Of a DNA stretch of 18,195 nt, positions 1-8,323 are shown piece after piece. The position numbers and the translations under genes are program-made. Position 1 is the stretch's first letter; each line of letters opens with the position of its first letter. The notes below the pieces were generated by a model. The model was not told where the DNA came from and did not search any database. It worked only from the letters and a program-made list of their open reading frames with translations. Origin of the DNA: Promethearchaeota archaeon (GTDB lineage: Archaea > Asgardarchaeota > Lokiarchaeia > Sigyniarchaeales > SOKP01); assembly GCA_016930515.1 (NCBI GenBank), contig JAFGGO010000131.1, positions 1 through 18,195 on the forward strand, in the 5' to 3' direction.

Positions 1-9
1 AAAACCATT

Positions 10-1272
10 ATGGCAAAAAAAAAAGCTCCGGCAAAAAAAAAGCCTGCTCCTGCAGTTAAAGAATCAGTAGAAGCAGAAATCTCTGCAAAAGAACCAAAAA
101 CAAAGAAAAATTTAACCTTAGAATTAGGTACCAATGCAAAAAAACAAGAAGATGCAAAAACAAAAATCAGAACTCCAGTAGAAGAACTAAAAGCGGACGA
201 AATTCTTGCTTTAATTCAGAACGATACCTACCCCAAACCTCCAAATTGGCAATTATCTCCAAAAATGGTGGAATTATTCATCCTTGGCTCTAATGAAGAA
301 TTCAAACTACAAAAAAACGGTAGCGTCGAAAAGATAAAAATTACTCCCAAGTTTTTTGGAGATCGCAACCTAGTCCAAAAATCGATTGTCACGCTCACGA
401 GCGAAAGGGCGTTAATGCTTATCGGAGAACCCGGAACGGCAAAATCATGGTTGTCGGAACATCTTGCAGCGGCAATTTCTGGAAAAAGTACCTACCTTAT
501 TCAGGGGACAGCGGGCACGACGGAAGACCAGATTAGATACTCGTGGAACTATGCCCTCCTCGTATCTGAAGGGCCAAGCCCTAAATCGCTAGTACCCTCA
601 CCCACGATTAACGCGATGAACCAAGGAAAAGTGTTAAGGTTCGAGGAACTCACTCGTTGTCCTCAAGAAATACAGGATAGCATGATCTCAATTCTATCCG
701 AAAAGGTAATTCCTGTACCCGAATTAGGGTCCGAATATTTAATCTTTGGTACCCCCGGATTTAACGTGATTGCTACTGCAAACGATAGAGATAGAGGCGT
801 AAACGAAATGAGCGCTGCCTTAAAAAGGCGATTTAATTTCATCTACATACCCGTTATCGAAGACAAGGAAATGGAAAAGAAAATTGTCACTCAACGAACT
901 AACGATATCTTATCTAGGATTGGATTTAAGATCCAGATCCCTGAAGATACTTTAGACTTATTGGTCACCGTGTTCCAAGAGTTAAGGACGGGTAAGAGCC
1001 ATAGCGGTGGAAGATTTTCTCCCTTATCGACAGTAATGTCTACTTCAGAGGAGATTTCTCTTTTACTGGACAGTGCCATTTACGCTAACTTTTTTGGAAA
1101 GCAAGTTGTTGAACCTGAACATATAGCAATGAACATCGTTGATTCAGTGGTTAAAGACGATAAAGAGAACTTGCCAAAACTCAAGGAATATTTTGACATG
1201 GTCGTGAAACATAGAGGTACGAAAGCAAAGCATTGGAAAGAGTTCGAACAAGCTTTTCGAAAAATCGCCTGA
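10..1272 (+). CDS. MoxR-family AAA+ ATPase, YehL-like subfamily, with a Lys/Ala/Pro-rich N-terminal extension
   Basis: Walker A GEPGTAKS; Walker B variant VLRFEELTR; GTAGTTEDQIRYSWNYALL segment typical of YehL-like ATPases; sensor-1/Arg-finger region TANDRDRGVNEMSAALKRRF; followed by DUF5682 and VWA genes. Confidence 0.9.
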   Translation: MAKKKAPAKKKPAPAVKESVEAEISAKEPKTKKNLTLELGTNAKKQEDAKTKIRTPVEELKADEILALIQNDTYPKPPNWQLSPKMVELFILGSNEEFKLQKNGSVEKIKITPKFFGDRNLVQKSIVTLTSERALMLIGEPGTAKSWLSEHLAAAISGKSTYLIQGTAGTTEDQIRYSWNYALLVSEGPSPKSLVPSPTINAMNQGKVLRFEELTRCPQEIQDSMISILSEKVIPVPELGSEYLIFGTPGFNVIATANDRDRGVNEMSAALKRRFNFIYIPVIEDKEMEKKIVTQRTNDILSRIGFKIQIPEDTLDLLVTVFQELRTGKSHSGGRFSPLSTVMSTSEEISLLLDSAIYANFFGKQVVEPEHIAMNIVDSVVKDDKENLPKLKEYFDMVVKHRGTKAKHWKEFEQAFRKIA

Positions 1273-1299
1273 GAAATTAAAAGATGAGGGTAATGAGAC

Positions 1300-3768
1300 T
1301 TGATCAATAATGCGATTAACGCAAATAACTTGAAAAACATCTTGCTAGAAGTAAGCAGGATGCTCGAAATGGACGCTCAATCCATTGAAGAACAAGTCTC
1401 AAGAGTCGTGAATTCTGAAGTTACATACCTACCAGTTCGACACCATTCCCCCGGATCTGCTGTTTTAGTGAAAAATTGGATAGATAAAAACAAGCCAAAG
1501 TTAATTTTAATTGAAGGCCCTTCGGAAGCGAATGATCTCATTGAACATATCGTGGCAAAGGACAGCCGCCCCCCTCTTGCGATATTATCCTTCTTTGTTG
1601 ACGAAACAAATCATTACAACTATAATGGCGTCTTGAGCCCCGATCCCTCAATCCCCGCAAGATTTCAAGTGTATTATCCTTTCATTTCGTATTCACCCGA
1701 ATTTATTGCATTAAAAGAGGCATATAAGAGAAAGATTCCAGTTTATTTTATTGATTTACCCTTGACTGGCATAATTCACACCTTGGTTAAAGAAGAAAAC
1801 CCGCAATTTATGTTAAAACAAGAAGAAGTGTACAACATATCTAGTAAATTTTACCAAAAACTTTCTCAAATTTTCGAATTTGACAATTTTGAAGAGACAT
1901 GGGAAACTTTATTCGAGATTGGCTCGAATCAGGCGGATATTTACAACCTTCAAGAGAGCAGACTCACATATTGCTCTTGCATACGTCAAACTTTAAACAA
2001 GGACTTGCTCGATGCAGATGGAACCCTTGATAGAGAAGAATTCATGAAATTTAACATCGAGAAGTATATTAAAAAGCATGGCGTGGACAGAAAGGACGTG
2101 TTAGTCATTACAGGAGGGCTTCATTCTGTTGTTCTTCCAGAAACGGAACCTAAGGACAAGAACTTCATAACCGAAGGAATGTTGAACTCTTTAATCCCTT
2201 ACTCATATTATCGAATTAGCGAAATATCCGGATACAGTTCGGGTAACCAAGGCCCTCAATTTTACGATGATATCTGGCAGAAGTTTAACAGTAGCATCGA
2301 AAATTCCTTTGAGAGTACTTCACTGGAGGTCATTTCGGACATCCTTAGAAAGGCTCGAGCTCAAGGAAATCCCGTTTCCATTTCCGATAGCATCAACGCA
2401 TTCCAAGGAGCCAAGCTACTTTCAATGTTACGAAGACGTTCAGAGCCTGGATTGAAGGATGTCATAGACTCGATATACATGACCCTTGTAAAAGGAAATC
2501 CTGAAGTGGAAGGAAAATATTTAGAAAAAATCATTCGCAACAGGATTATCGGTCATAAAGTTGGCAAAATAACCAAAAATCTTGGTAGGTTACCGCTTCA
2601 GACTGATTTTTATGAACAACTCGAAGTTCGAGGTATAAAATTTTCCGAAAACAGGCAGACATTTTCATTATGGCTTCAAAACCAAGACGATTTAAAAACC
2701 TCCGAACTTTTTTGGAGGATAAAATATCTTGGTTTTAACATTTTAGAAAGAGCAAGCGGTCCAGATGTTTTAAAAGGAATTACAGGCAAGTTAAAAGAAA
2801 CATGGCACTTAGATTGGAGTCCTTCCATTGATGTGAAACTCATCGAACAAAGCAGCTACGGATCGACGGTAGAAGAAGCAAGCAAAAATTTATTAATAGA
2901 GGAATTTCAAAAATCGTTAGGTAATTTTGAAACCATTTCTTTCTTGTTGTATCAAAGCTTAACAATGGGATTTACGAATCAGTTCCAAAAATTATACAAC
3001 GCAAGCACGGATTCATTAGAGGAGGACAACCAATTTCTAACGCTTGCTTCAGGATTTATTAACGTAATGATGATTAATGAGCAGATTTCAATGATGTCGA
3101 ATCAAGAAGCAAATATTTCTCTAATGGAAAAACTAGTTCAACGAAGCTACTTTTCTTGTTGTTTTAATATTCCGAATATCGCGAATCCTCCACAAGACAT
3201 CCAAGATAAAGTAGTAATTGCTATGAAGAACCTCGCAAATATTTTAACAAGTTTAACCACGATAAAACTTGATTTAACCGTTTTTAAAGAGAGCATAAAA
3301 ACCTGTGTTGAAAATTCTACTAATTTTTACATCAAGGGAAGCGCTACGGGCGTTTCTTTTCTCATTCACGATTTAACAACGCAAGATATTAAGATTGTTT
3401 TGAAAGATTACGCTCAAAGCTCCAATTCGATAAAGATTCAAATGGGTGATTTCATCAGGGGTATTATTTTTGTGTGCCAAACAACGATATTACTGAATCC
3501 CGACATTATAAAGCTGCTTTCCGATATCATAGAAGGTTTGGAATGGGTTGTTTTTTCTGCAATCCTTCCCTCGTTGCGTAAGGCCTTCTCGGAGTTAGAT
3601 CAGCGAGAATACGATGTCTTCGTTGAAAAATTGTCCGAACACCACGGATTGAAAACCAAGAAATTTCAAGAAATAAAAGAAGATTTGGAAGAAGAAGTCT
3701 TGGTGTTTTTTGCAGAGATGGATAAAAAGGTGCGCAACATCCTATTAGACTGGTTTGGAGAGGTGTAA
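1300..3768 (+). CDS. DUF5682 (YehM-like) protein
   Basis: Motifs PVRHHSPGSA, LIEGP, YYPFxxYSPE, FIDLP, REEFM, VITGGLH, PYSYYRISxxSGYSSG; sits between the MoxR ATPase and the VWA gene. TTG start with GAGGGT at 1286-1291. Confidence 0.85.
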   Translation: MINNAINANNLKNILLEVSRMLEMDAQSIEEQVSRVVNSEVTYLPVRHHSPGSAVLVKNWIDKNKPKLILIEGPSEANDLIEHIVAKDSRPPLAILSFFVDETNHYNYNGVLSPDPSIPARFQVYYPFISYSPEFIALKEAYKRKIPVYFIDLPLTGIIHTLVKEENPQFMLKQEEVYNISSKFYQKLSQIFEFDNFEETWETLFEIGSNQADIYNLQESRLTYCSCIRQTLNKDLLDADGTLDREEFMKFNIEKYIKKHGVDRKDVLVITGGLHSVVLPETEPKDKNFITEGMLNSLIPYSYYRISEISGYSSGNQGPQFYDDIWQKFNSSIENSFESTSLEVISDILRKARAQGNPVSISDSINAFQGAKLLSMLRRRSEPGLKDVIDSIYMTLVKGNPEVEGKYLEKIIRNRIIGHKVGKITKNLGRLPLQTDFYEQLEVRGIKFSENRQTFSLWLQNQDDLKTSELFWRIKYLGFNILERASGPDVLKGITGKLKETWHLDWSPSIDVKLIEQSSYGSTVEEASKNLLIEEFQKSLGNFETISFLLYQSLTMGFTNQFQKLYNASTDSLEEDNQFLTLASGFINVMMINEQISMMSNQEANISLMEKLVQRSYFSCCFNIPNIANPPQDIQDKVVIAMKNLANILTSLTTIKLDLTVFKESIKTCVENSTNFYIKGSATGVSFLIHDLTTQDIKIVLKDYAQSSNSIKIQMGDFIRGIIFVCQTTILLNPDIIKLLSDIIEGLEWVVFSAILPSLRKAFSELDQREYDVFVEKLSEHHGLKTKKFQEIKEDLEEEVLVFFAEMDKKVRNILLDWFGEV
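3760..3765 (+). promoter_or_regulatory. Shine-Dalgarno-like site for the VWA gene, inside the last codons of the DUF5682 gene
   Basis: GAGGTG is complementary to the archaeal 16S 3' end and lies 8 nt before in-frame ATC 3774. Confidence 0.55.
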
Positions 3769-3773
3769 AGGTT

Positions 3774-4940
3774 ATCAGTACAAGGAGAAATTCAAAAGAA
3801 GTTCCTCTTACGAAACAAATAACTTTAGCTCGTTGGAGGTTAATATTAGGAAAGAAGTCAGAACATCAGGGATTTAAATTCGGAAAGCAAGCATCAGAAA
3901 TGATCCCAGGTGCAGGATCCGGCACGAGCATTCAAGAGATAGACCAGACGCTTAATTTCGTATATGACACAAAGAAGTCTCGGGGAGCAGGACTAGGAGC
4001 AAGTAATTTAAGCGTACCACAATGGATAGAAAATGTAAATAAACTATTTCCCATACAGACAAAAGAAGTACTCGAAAAGGATTTGGTAAATAAATCGGAT
4101 ATTAGCCTCCTCATAAATAACCCTGAGCTATTCGAAAAAGTAGAACCTAGCTTGGATATGGTAAAAACGATCCTTTCGTTAAAGCACATGCTTCCAGAAA
4201 AGATTAAAAACGCCGCCCGACAAATTGTTAAAAAAGTTGTTGATCAACTCATAGACTTGTTGAAAACGAATGTTGAAAAAAATATAAGCGGCATCATTCG
4301 ACGGGACAGGCATACACCCATTAAAGTATATAGAAACATAGATTGGAAACAAAGCATCAAATGTAATCTCAAGCATTACGATCCTAACATTAAAAAGCTC
4401 ATTATGGCCGAACCTAGATTTTTTAGCGCCGATAAAAAGAAAAAAATGTGGCAAATAATCGTACTGGTCGACGAAAGCGGTTCGATGGGAGATTCCGTTA
4501 TTTATTCAGTTGTAATGGCGTCAATATTTGCAGGAATCCCCGCAATTACTACTAACCTGGTGATCTTCGATACTCAGGTTGTCGATTTGTCTGCTTACAT
4601 TAGCGATCCCGTGGATATGCTCATGTCCGTTCAATTAGGGGGCGGTACTGACATTACAAAGGCCGTAAGATACGGACAATCGCTCATTAAGAACCCAAAA
4701 AAAACTATAATGGTCATCATTAGCGACTTCTACGAGGGGCGAGCAGAAAGCGACCTCACAAAAGCTCTCACACATGTTTTAGAAGGGGGGACCAAAATCC
4801 TTGGTATCGCTTCGTTGGGCTCTGACGCTAGACCATATTACAACAAGCCCTACGCTAAGAAGATGAACAAACTTGGAATTGACGTGCTCGCCTGCACCCC
4901 AGAAAAGCTTTCGCTAATCATTTCCCAACTTATGGGATAA
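3774..4940 (+). CDS. VWA domain protein (VWA_CoxE/YehP-like); start extended upstream of the track's ATG at 3900
   Basis: MIDAS elements VDESGSM, GGTDI and ISDFYEG. The frame is open from 3726 and encodes the family motif RWRLILG at 3831-3851, upstream of ATG 3900. Best start candidate is ATC at 3774, 8 nt after GAGGTG (3760-3765). The exact start is uncertain. Confidence 0.85.
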   Translation: MSTRRNSKEVPLTKQITLARWRLILGKKSEHQGFKFGKQASEMIPGAGSGTSIQEIDQTLNFVYDTKKSRGAGLGASNLSVPQWIENVNKLFPIQTKEVLEKDLVNKSDISLLINNPELFEKVEPSLDMVKTILSLKHMLPEKIKNAARQIVKKVVDQLIDLLKTNVEKNISGIIRRDRHTPIKVYRNIDWKQSIKCNLKHYDPNIKKLIMAEPRFFSADKKKKMWQIIVLVDESGSMGDSVIYSVVMASIFAGIPAITTNLVIFDTQVVDLSAYISDPVDMLMSVQLGGGTDITKAVRYGQSLIKNPKKTIMVIISDFYEGRAESDLTKALTHVLEGGTKILGIASLGSDARPYYNKPYAKKMNKLGIDVLACTPEKLSLIISQLMG

Positions 4941-4980
4941 ATTCTTATATTTTTAATGTTGAAAAATTTAGAGATAGATT

Positions 4981-4989
4981 TTTTATAAA
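4981..4989 (+). promoter_or_regulatory. Putative TATA box for the gelsolin-domain gene
   Basis: TTTTATAAA about 75 nt upstream of ATG 5063; the AT-rich background limits specificity. Confidence 0.35.
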
Positions 4990-5062
4990 CGGAACATTAT
5001 TAGATCTTGGGAGTTCATCCATTTTGGGTTTAAAAATAATAATAATAAAGTAAAACAACAAC

Positions 5063-5359
5063 ATGTTAGTATTTCAAATAGTTGACGAAGGATACGAAAA
5101 AATCGAAACTGACGAAATGGTCACGCTTTATAAGCTATTGGATACGGAAAAAGTCCTGTTCATCGTTGACGACGAAAAATCGAAAGTTTGGACGTGGGTT
5201 GGAAAAACAACAACAACAAAAATGAAATTTATTTCTGCGAGATTGGCTTTAGAAATAAGAAACAAATATGGAGTAACATACGATATTATAACGGTTGACG
5301 AGGACAACGAACCGGACGATTTTATGGATTTATTGATGCTAGAAGATCTTATCACATAA
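5063..5359 (+). CDS. Single-domain gelsolin-like protein (Asgard 1DGel/ProGel type, eukaryotic signature protein)
   Basis: 98 aa with gelsolin-repeat pattern LLDTEKVLFIVD...VWTWVG...KFISARLA...VDEDNEPDDF (consensus L.s.dvfilD...v.vWvG...v.eg.Ep..F). Confidence 0.8.
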   Translation: MLVFQIVDEGYEKIETDEMVTLYKLLDTEKVLFIVDDEKSKVWTWVGKTTTTKMKFISARLALEIRNKYGVTYDIITVDEDNEPDDFMDLLMLEDLIT

Positions 5360-5533
5360 TGAATAATAATATCTTTCTTAAATAAGAGTAAGCTCTTGCT
5401 TGATAGTATTATTATCAATTTTCTAAGTTTCATATACATTCAAATCAAGGTAACAAAAATTAAATAGGGAGTTACAATATTTTTAGAATATACCTGTTTT
5501 AATTAGATCTTCGCGGACGATAGAATAAAAGAC

Positions 5534-6508
5534 ATGAGCGAACCTGAATCTAAAGTTGTTGAGGAAAAAACTATTACGGAAATTTTTGGAGCCCAAAAAG
5601 TCAAGTTATACAAAATCAAGCATTTTATGTTTGACTTCGGAGGGGTCATGGTGGAGAAATCATTTGCCTTTAAAAACTTACTCGACATAATCAAGCACGA
5701 TCTCAAGATAAAGGAGGATTTTGAACGCGACCCATTGTTTAGAAAAACGAGGCGACAATTAAGTTCGGGAAGAATTGATGCTCGAGAGTTTTTAGAATGC
5801 GTCTTCAACGATCATTGCATCGTTGAACAAAAAAAATCAAGTGCTTTGCCTCCTAAGAAAATTAATGTAGACTATTATTTAGAGTTATGGTTCCACCTAT
5901 ATTCAAAGTTCGTTCATTTATCGTTGGAAATGGAAAAGATTGTAACTAGACTTCACGAAGCAGGATATATCGTCAGTTTAATTTCAAATACTTTCGATAT
6001 TCACGCCAAAAGCAACGAATTAAAAGGATTCTATAGTATTTTTGATCATGTGTATTTGTCAAACGAAATTGGACTTATCAAGCCCGATAAAAAGAAATAC
6101 GAGTACGTCTTGGATCAATTAGGGGCAAAACCAAAACAATGCATATTCGTCGACGATAAGCTTCGAAACCTCATTACGGCTAGAGAAATGGGCATTATCG
6201 TTATCAAATTCGAATCAATAGATTTGTTCATGAAACAACTTACTGCTCTGGGCATAGCTGACATTAAAGAAAACTTGAGAGAGGAAATAAGAGATAAATA
6301 CGAAATATATGTGTCCAAGAAAAAAGAATACAAGCAAGCAAAGAAAAAGTATAAAAAAGCAAAAAAGAAAAAAAAAAAGAAAAAGAAGCTTAAACATAAC
6401 ATAGATTACGTGGTAAGGAGGGGCGCCTATAAAAGAAAAAAAAGGCAGTATAAGTCTGAAAAAAAGAAAAAAAAATCAGATTTAGTGAAAGAGTTCGATT
6501 TAACCTAA
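5534..6508 (+). CDS. HAD-superfamily hydrolase (subfamily IA, YihX-like phosphatase) with a long Lys-rich C-terminal tail
   Basis: Motif I FMFDFGGVM, motif II LISNT, motif III GLIKPD, motif IV IFVDDKLRN; about 60 aa basic tail. Confidence 0.85.
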   Translation: MSEPESKVVEEKTITEIFGAQKVKLYKIKHFMFDFGGVMVEKSFAFKNLLDIIKHDLKIKEDFERDPLFRKTRRQLSSGRIDAREFLECVFNDHCIVEQKKSSALPPKKINVDYYLELWFHLYSKFVHLSLEMEKIVTRLHEAGYIVSLISNTFDIHAKSNELKGFYSIFDHVYLSNEIGLIKPDKKKYEYVLDQLGAKPKQCIFVDDKLRNLITAREMGIIVIKFESIDLFMKQLTALGIADIKENLREEIRDKYEIYVSKKKEYKQAKKKYKKAKKKKKKKKKLKHNIDYVVRRGAYKRKKRQYKSEKKKKKSDLVKEFDLT

Positions 6509-6641
6509 TTTTTAGAAGATTTGAGCTTTTTAAGCCCGTTTAAACTACTTCGTTTTAAAAAAGATTAAAATACAAGTTTAGATTAAAGTTTAATATCTTA
6601 AATATTCTAAACAGTAAATCAAAATCTTACTGGAATTTGAC

Positions 6642-7292
6642 ATGAAACTAAAATTAAAAAATGAGGATAAAAACCGCCTGCAAGAATTGAACAAACAATT
6701 TCTTGCAGAAACATTTAAGGCTACACAAGTTTTATATGAGCTACTTATGGATTATGCCGAAGATAAACTTGATGAAAAAAGAATTGATGACATTATTGCC
6801 TTTGAGCACGAGTGCGATCAGATAAAAGAACAATATATTGAAATTCTTTTCAAGGACAAGAAGGCTTTACCTTTTCTCGTCGAGGATCGATATAAGATCG
6901 TTATAATGATCGATCACATGACGGGCAAGAACGAGATTCTTGCAAGGTTCTTGGAATCGATCCCGTTCAAATTATACGCAGATGTTCAAGAACCATTTAA
7001 AGAAATTGTCCAATTATACTTGGAAGGCGTCAAAGAACTCATTTCCTGTGCGAAGCTCATGGAAACTGACTTTACAGGAGCTTATAAAAAGACTTTCGAA
7101 GTAGAAAATAAAAGAAGAGAAGCAAAAAATAAAAAATTTGATATACTCGAAGATCTATATAAGAAAAAAGGAGACGACCTTCGAATTTATGTTACAACAA
7201 AACTTGTATCGCATATATACAAAGTATTGGACGCAGCAGAAGAGATATCCGATTATCTCCGTGGATTGATCATCAAATACCCTTCAAAATAG
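6642..7292 (+). CDS. DUF47 / PhoU-like phosphate transport regulator (PiT accessory protein)
   Basis: 216 aa helical protein with EHECDQIK, LPFLVEDR and a second repeat VENKRRE...DAAEEISD; directly upstream of pit. Confidence 0.85.
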   Translation: MKLKLKNEDKNRLQELNKQFLAETFKATQVLYELLMDYAEDKLDEKRIDDIIAFEHECDQIKEQYIEILFKDKKALPFLVEDRYKIVIMIDHMTGKNEILARFLESIPFKLYADVQEPFKEIVQLYLEGVKELISCAKLMETDFTGAYKKTFEVENKRREAKNKKFDILEDLYKKKGDDLRIYVTTKLVSHIYKVLDAAEEISDYLRGLIIKYPSK

Positions 7293-7309
7293 AGCAGGAG
7301 AAGTAAAAA

Positions 7310-8305
7310 ATGAGCGCTATTACACCTATCATAATCGTATTTATTGTGATTTCTTTAATCATTGCTTTTGCCATAGGAGCAAACGATGAGACATTCGCAA
7401 CCGTTTATGGTAGTAGGACGCTTTCAATGAGACAGATATTAATATTAGCAACTATATTTGCCGTATTTGGTGCGTTAATTCTTGGTGAGGCCGTGAGTGA
7501 AACGGTGGGAGGAAAAGTACTTGAAATAGAGATCACCGACGCCATCACGATCACGGTTTTATTGTCAACAACAATTTGGCTCTTGCTTTCATCCGCTTTA
7601 GGACTACCAATTTCTACAACGCACGCAACAATGGGGAGTATCATAGGGATTGGGCTTTTACCTGCTGTAGGGGGTAGTATATCTGGTATTGCTTGGACTC
7701 AGATCGTCAACATGAGTTTTTGGTGGATATTATCTCCCTTAATTGGTTATGTTGTTACCTATATAACCTATAAGGTGATAAACAAACGCGTAATTCAAAA
7801 ATTAGACGGTTTTCAAAAGTTTGAATCCACCGAAAAGAAATTTGCCATCGTCTTGCTTGCCGTTATTTGTTGGACGGCTTTCTCTCGAGCAGGAAACGAT
7901 TGTTCAAACGCCGTGGGAATTGTTTACGGAGCAACACAAGGAAACGGCTCCATTGACATTACCGCTTTCTTATTCGTGATAGGGTTGAGTTTTGCTTTAG
8001 GAATCGTCGTACTTGCCAGGGGGTTAATCAAAAATGTGGGAACATTAACAGAATTACGTCCAAGCACTGCATTCGCTTCTGAAATTCCCACTGCAATAAT
8101 ATTATTTATTGGAACTATATTTGGAATTCCACTCTCGGGATCTCACATGTTGGTTGCTTCTTTGATTGGCCTAGGGAAAGCTCAACACGCCCCCAAAAAT
8201 AAAAATTCTAAGAAAATTGTTTTAATTTGGATATTAACATTCCCAATGGCGGCCATCGTTGCGGTTATATTGTATTTCCCCATAAGCTGGTTTGTAGTTA
8301 TATGA
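7310..8305 (+). CDS. pit: Inorganic phosphate transporter, PiT (PHO4) family
   Basis: Signatures GAND, GLPISTTH, AGNDCSNAVG and GIPLSGSH; many TM segments; AGGAG ribosome-binding site just upstream. Confidence 0.92.
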   Translation: MSAITPIIIVFIVISLIIAFAIGANDETFATVYGSRTLSMRQILILATIFAVFGALILGEAVSETVGGKVLEIEITDAITITVLLSTTIWLLLSSALGLPISTTHATMGSIIGIGLLPAVGGSISGIAWTQIVNMSFWWILSPLIGYVVTYITYKVINKRVIQKLDGFQKFESTEKKFAIVLLAVICWTAFSRAGNDCSNAVGIVYGATQGNGSIDITAFLFVIGLSFALGIVVLARGLIKNVGTLTELRPSTAFASEIPTAIILFIGTIFGIPLSGSHMLVASLIGLGKAQHAPKNKNSKKIVLIWILTFPMAAIVAVILYFPISWFVVI

Positions 8306-8313
8306 TTTTATAA

Positions 8314-8321
8314 TTTTTTTT
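8314..8321 (+). terminator. Oligo-T archaeal terminator of the DUF47-pit transcript
   Basis: T8 run 9 nt after the pit stop codon. Confidence 0.4.
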
Positions 8322-8323
8322 CT

